Positions 61,261 to 64,000 of a stretch of DNA of 64,000 bases are shown piece after piece. The notes under the pieces are model-generated. The model was given only the letters and a program-made list of their open reading frames with translations, was not told where the DNA came from and did not search any database. This DNA is from Terriglobia bacterium (GTDB taxonomy: Bacteria > Acidobacteriota > Terriglobia > JAJPHL01 > JAPKYU01): contig CBDBKE010000003.1 in the NCBI GenBank assembly GCA_965206645.1, positions 192,001 to 256,000 of the forward strand, in the 5' to 3' direction. Position numbers and translations under genes: made by a program. Each line of letters begins with the position of its first letter. Position 1 is the first letter of the stretch.

Positions 61261-61564
61261 GTGGCGGCGCCGGTCTTTGCTTGCTTCAAGTGCGGGGAGG
61301 TTGTGCGGGCAGCAAGGTGGGGCGCCGGGAAGCCTGTCCTAAGTGCTCGGCCGACCGCATTGTTGCCTGAACTGCGCCTTCTACGACTCCCATGCGCACA
61401 GCCAGTGCCGCGAAACGCAGGCGGAATGGGTGCGCTACAAGGAAGAGGCCAACTACTGCGACTACTTCCGGCCGCTGCTGGCGGAGGGCCGTGGGGCAGC
61501 GGGCAAAGCCAGCTCCTCTGCTGAGGAAGTCCGCAAGAAACTCGACAACCTGTTCAAGATCTGA
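61261..61564 (+). pseudogene. Small Cys-rich (Zn-finger-like) protein, split across frames
   Basis: CFKC / CPKCSAD / HCCLNCAFYD..QCRE..ANYCDYF in successive frames. Confidence 0.7.
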
Positions 61565-61591
61565 GTTCGCAGGCCGTGTAAGATATCCTCT

Positions 61592-62311
61592 ATGGATACG
61601 CAGCCGCGGCTTGTCCGTCGCTTCCTCAGCCTGGGGGTGGCGGTTGGGCTGTTGGGCGCTGCGGGCTGGGCGCAATCGTTAGGCGAGGTGGCGCGTCGCA
61701 ACCGCGCCGAGAAAAGAACCCGGCCCAAAGCCACTCGCGTCTATACCAACAATGACCTGCCCCGCTCCGGCGGCCTGAGCACCACCGGCACGGAAGAGAA
61801 AAGTCAGATTCAACAGGCCGAGACGGTCGAGGTAAAGCCTGGTGAGTCGCTGGCGCCCTTCGTCCCCTCGCCACAAATGTTGGTCGATCGGATGCTTCAG
61901 CTAGCCGAAGTCGGGCCCAGGGATACCGTCTATGACATGGGCTCCGGCGACGGCCGCATTCCCATCACGGCCGCGCGGAAATTCGGCGCCAATGCCGTCG
62001 GCGTGGAGTTGAACGAAAGCTTGTACAAGCAGAGCCAGGCCCGCGTCAACGAGCTGAACCTTCAGGACAAGGTGACGATCATTCAGGGCGACATGCTGCA
62101 GGTGGATTTGAGCCCGGCCACCGTGGTTACCCTCTACCTGCTGACCAGCGCCAACGATAAACTGCGGCCGAGAATGGAGAAGTACTTGAGAAAAGGCGCT
62201 CGGGTCGTTTGCCACGACTTCCAAGTGTCTGGCTGGGAGCCGTACCAAGTCCAAAACGTGATCGAGGACGAGAACAGCCGCCGGCATGTGCTCTACCTTT
62301 ACCGGCGGTAG
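61592..62311 (+). CDS. SAM methyltransferase with signal peptide
   Basis: ..GWAQSLGEVAR; APFVPSP, YDMGSGDGRI, GVEL, ATVVTLYL. Confidence 0.85.
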   Translation: MDTQPRLVRRFLSLGVAVGLLGAAGWAQSLGEVARRNRAEKRTRPKATRVYTNNDLPRSGGLSTTGTEEKSQIQQAETVEVKPGESLAPFVPSPQMLVDRMLQLAEVGPRDTVYDMGSGDGRIPITAARKFGANAVGVELNESLYKQSQARVNELNLQDKVTIIQGDMLQVDLSPATVVTLYLLTSANDKLRPRMEKYLRKGARVVCHDFQVSGWEPYQVQNVIEDENSRRHVLYLYRR

Positions 62312-62325
62312 CAGGTTTCGGACGC

Positions 62326-63588
62326 TCATTTACCGAGCGTCTCTGTCGGATCAATCCGCAGCCAGAACAGCGCGCCCACCAAGTACGTCGCTGTGGCCAC
62401 GAAAAAGGGAAGTTCCCAAGAGCCAAAGCGCTCCACGAAGATGCCCACCAGAAAGGGCGACAGCGTTCCGCCCAGGTTGCCGAAGGTGTTCATGCAGCCG
62501 GAAACGGTGCCGGCATACTGCTTGCCGGTGTCTATGCACACCGCCCAACAGGCGCTCAGGGCGAGGTCGTTACAGAAGGCGGAGAACGAAATAGCCAGAA
62601 TGGCATATAGGGGGTGGGACAGGAACACGCTGATGAGCAGGAAGGCGCCGGCCCCCAGAAGCCCCAGTAGCCCCAGTAGCCCCACAACACGCCGCCCGAA
62701 CTTCAGGCCCCGTCGCCGGACCAGCGCGTCGGTCAGGAGGCCGCCCAGCACACAGGCGAAGGCGCCGAACAACAGCGGCATGCCGGCGTACAGACCGCTC
62801 TGCTCAGGCGATAGGCCGCGCGCTTCCTGCAAGTAGGTTGGCAGCCAGGTGATGTAGAAGTACCAGCCATAAAACATGAAGCCGTACATCAGGCAGATGG
62901 CCCACAGGTTGGAGCTGGTCACCAGGGCTCGCCAGGGAACGCGGGGGCGGCCGTGCGACGCCGGGTCTGCGTCCCGCCCGCGAATCAGTTCCAGCTCGGC
63001 TTGGTTCACCGAAGCCTTTTCCGTCGGCTCGTCGCGGAACCAGGAATAGAAGGCGGCGGCCCAGAACAAACCCAGCGCGCCAAAGACAGCAAAGGTGGGA
63101 CGCCACCCCAACACCGCCATCAGGGCTACAACGGCGTAGGGAGTGAGCGAGCCACCCAGGCGGGAGCCGGTGAAGATCAGCCCATGGGCCCGGCCGCGCT
63201 CGGTGGCCGGCATCCAGCGCGAGAAGATCCGGGTGCAGTTGGGGAAGGCGCCTGCCTCGCCGGCGCCAAACAAGAAACGACAGGCGACCAACGACAGGAA
63301 GTTCCAGGCCGCTCCGGTCAACGCGGTAAACACAGACCACCAAACCACGATGCGGGTTAACACCCGCCGCGAACCGCGGACGTCGCCCCACCAACCGGCG
63401 GGGATCTCGAAGACGGCATAGGCCAGTGTGAAGGCGCTGAAGACCGCGCCCATCTGTACGCGCGACAGCCCCAGTTCCGCAGCGATCGCCGGTGCCGCAG
63501 CCGCAATACAGACCCGGTCAATGTAGGTGATGACCGAAAGCGCGAAGGCGAAGGTCAGCACCACATAGCGGACACGGCTGGCGGGCAT
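62326..63588 (-). CDS. MFS transporter (ACS family)
   Basis: ITYIDR, FEIP.G, RFLFGAGEAGAFP, W.P..ERG. Confidence 0.92.
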   Translation of the reverse strand: MPASRVRYVVLTFAFALSVITYIDRVCIAAAAPAIAAELGLSRVQMGAVFSAFTLAYAVFEIPAGWWGDVRGSRRVLTRIVVWWSVFTALTGAAWNFLSLVACRFLFGAGEAGAFPNCTRIFSRWMPATERGRAHGLIFTGSRLGGSLTPYAVVALMAVLGWRPTFAVFGALGLFWAAAFYSWFRDEPTEKASVNQAELELIRGRDADPASHGRPRVPWRALVTSSNLWAICLMYGFMFYGWYFYITWLPTYLQEARGLSPEQSGLYAGMPLLFGAFACVLGGLLTDALVRRRGLKFGRRVVGLLGLLGLLGAGAFLLISVFLSHPLYAILAISFSAFCNDLALSACWAVCIDTGKQYAGTVSGCMNTFGNLGGTLSPFLVGIFVERFGSWELPFFVATATYLVGALFWLRIDPTETLGK

Positions 63589-63649
63589 CGCAACCTAATC
63601 TGCCACAGGAGGGGACAGACTGCCCAACTTTTGTGATACTTTTCGGCCC

Positions 63650-63961
63650 ATGCGGGCAGCCATTCCGGTGCTGGGATGTCCTAGCTGTGGCTCTCAGGCC
63701 GTGATCTATAGCTGCGAGCCTAAGTGTTGCTTCAATCACATTTGCAGTGATTGTCACACGAGCTTCGAACTGGAGACGTCTGACACAGGGCGAGAGCTGG
63801 CCGGAGTGGAGCCGCCGGAACGTACCCTGGAGGCTTGTGATCCCACCACCGAATGCGCCCGTTGCCACAGCCTCACTGTCTACCAGGTGGGCGAGGGCTG
63901 CGTGTGCCTGAGCTGCTCAGCGTTGCTGGAATTACATTATACGGAAATCTCCCCCGCCTAG
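63650..63961 (+). CDS. Small Cys-rich hypothetical protein (double Zn-ribbon-like)
   Basis: CPSC, YSCEPKCCFNHICSDC, CARC, CLSC. Confidence 0.75.
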   Translation: MRAAIPVLGCPSCGSQAVIYSCEPKCCFNHICSDCHTSFELETSDTGRELAGVEPPERTLEACDPTTECARCHSLTVYQVGEGCVCLSCSALLELHYTEISPA

Positions 63962-64000
63962 TCCGAAACCGGACGTGGAGTTTGACTTCTTGCGCAGGGC

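Overview
High-GC bacterial chromosomal segment, most consistent with Acidobacteriota (inferred from CRTAC1/ASPIC, PilZ-like and REC-linker proteins; taxonomy not verified). 1-5.7 kb is a mobile-element pile-up. Two IS1-family-type cargo elements sit in tandem at one 8-bp target (GCCCGTCG): one carries an Xre-HTH/IrrE-peptidase gene pair, and the other is a transposase-less 3.3-kb unit with 18-bp IRs. 5.8-41 kb is mixed metabolism and envelope biogenesis: a PilZ-dehydrogenase fusion, scoAB-thiolase, a DegT aminotransferase, a nucleoside hydrolase, a prolyl oligopeptidase, an intact IS3 inserted in a REP-like hairpin, csp, fumC, comM, a MacAB-like exporter, a RomR-like regulator, bamD, rpe and hisN. 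41.3-57.9 kb is an ABC-transporter (Wzm/Wzt)-dependent polysaccharide locus. It has two WbdD-like methyltransferase/coiled-coil proteins, one with an exact 168-bp duplication, and is interrupted by an integron-cassette-like toxin/immunity-type gene pair. The window ends with a TPR protein, lepB, ubiX, small Cys-rich proteins, a methyltransferase and an MFS transporter. About ten genes are broken by frameshifts or in-frame stops, so assembly error cannot be excluded. All family calls are by motif recognition, without database searches.
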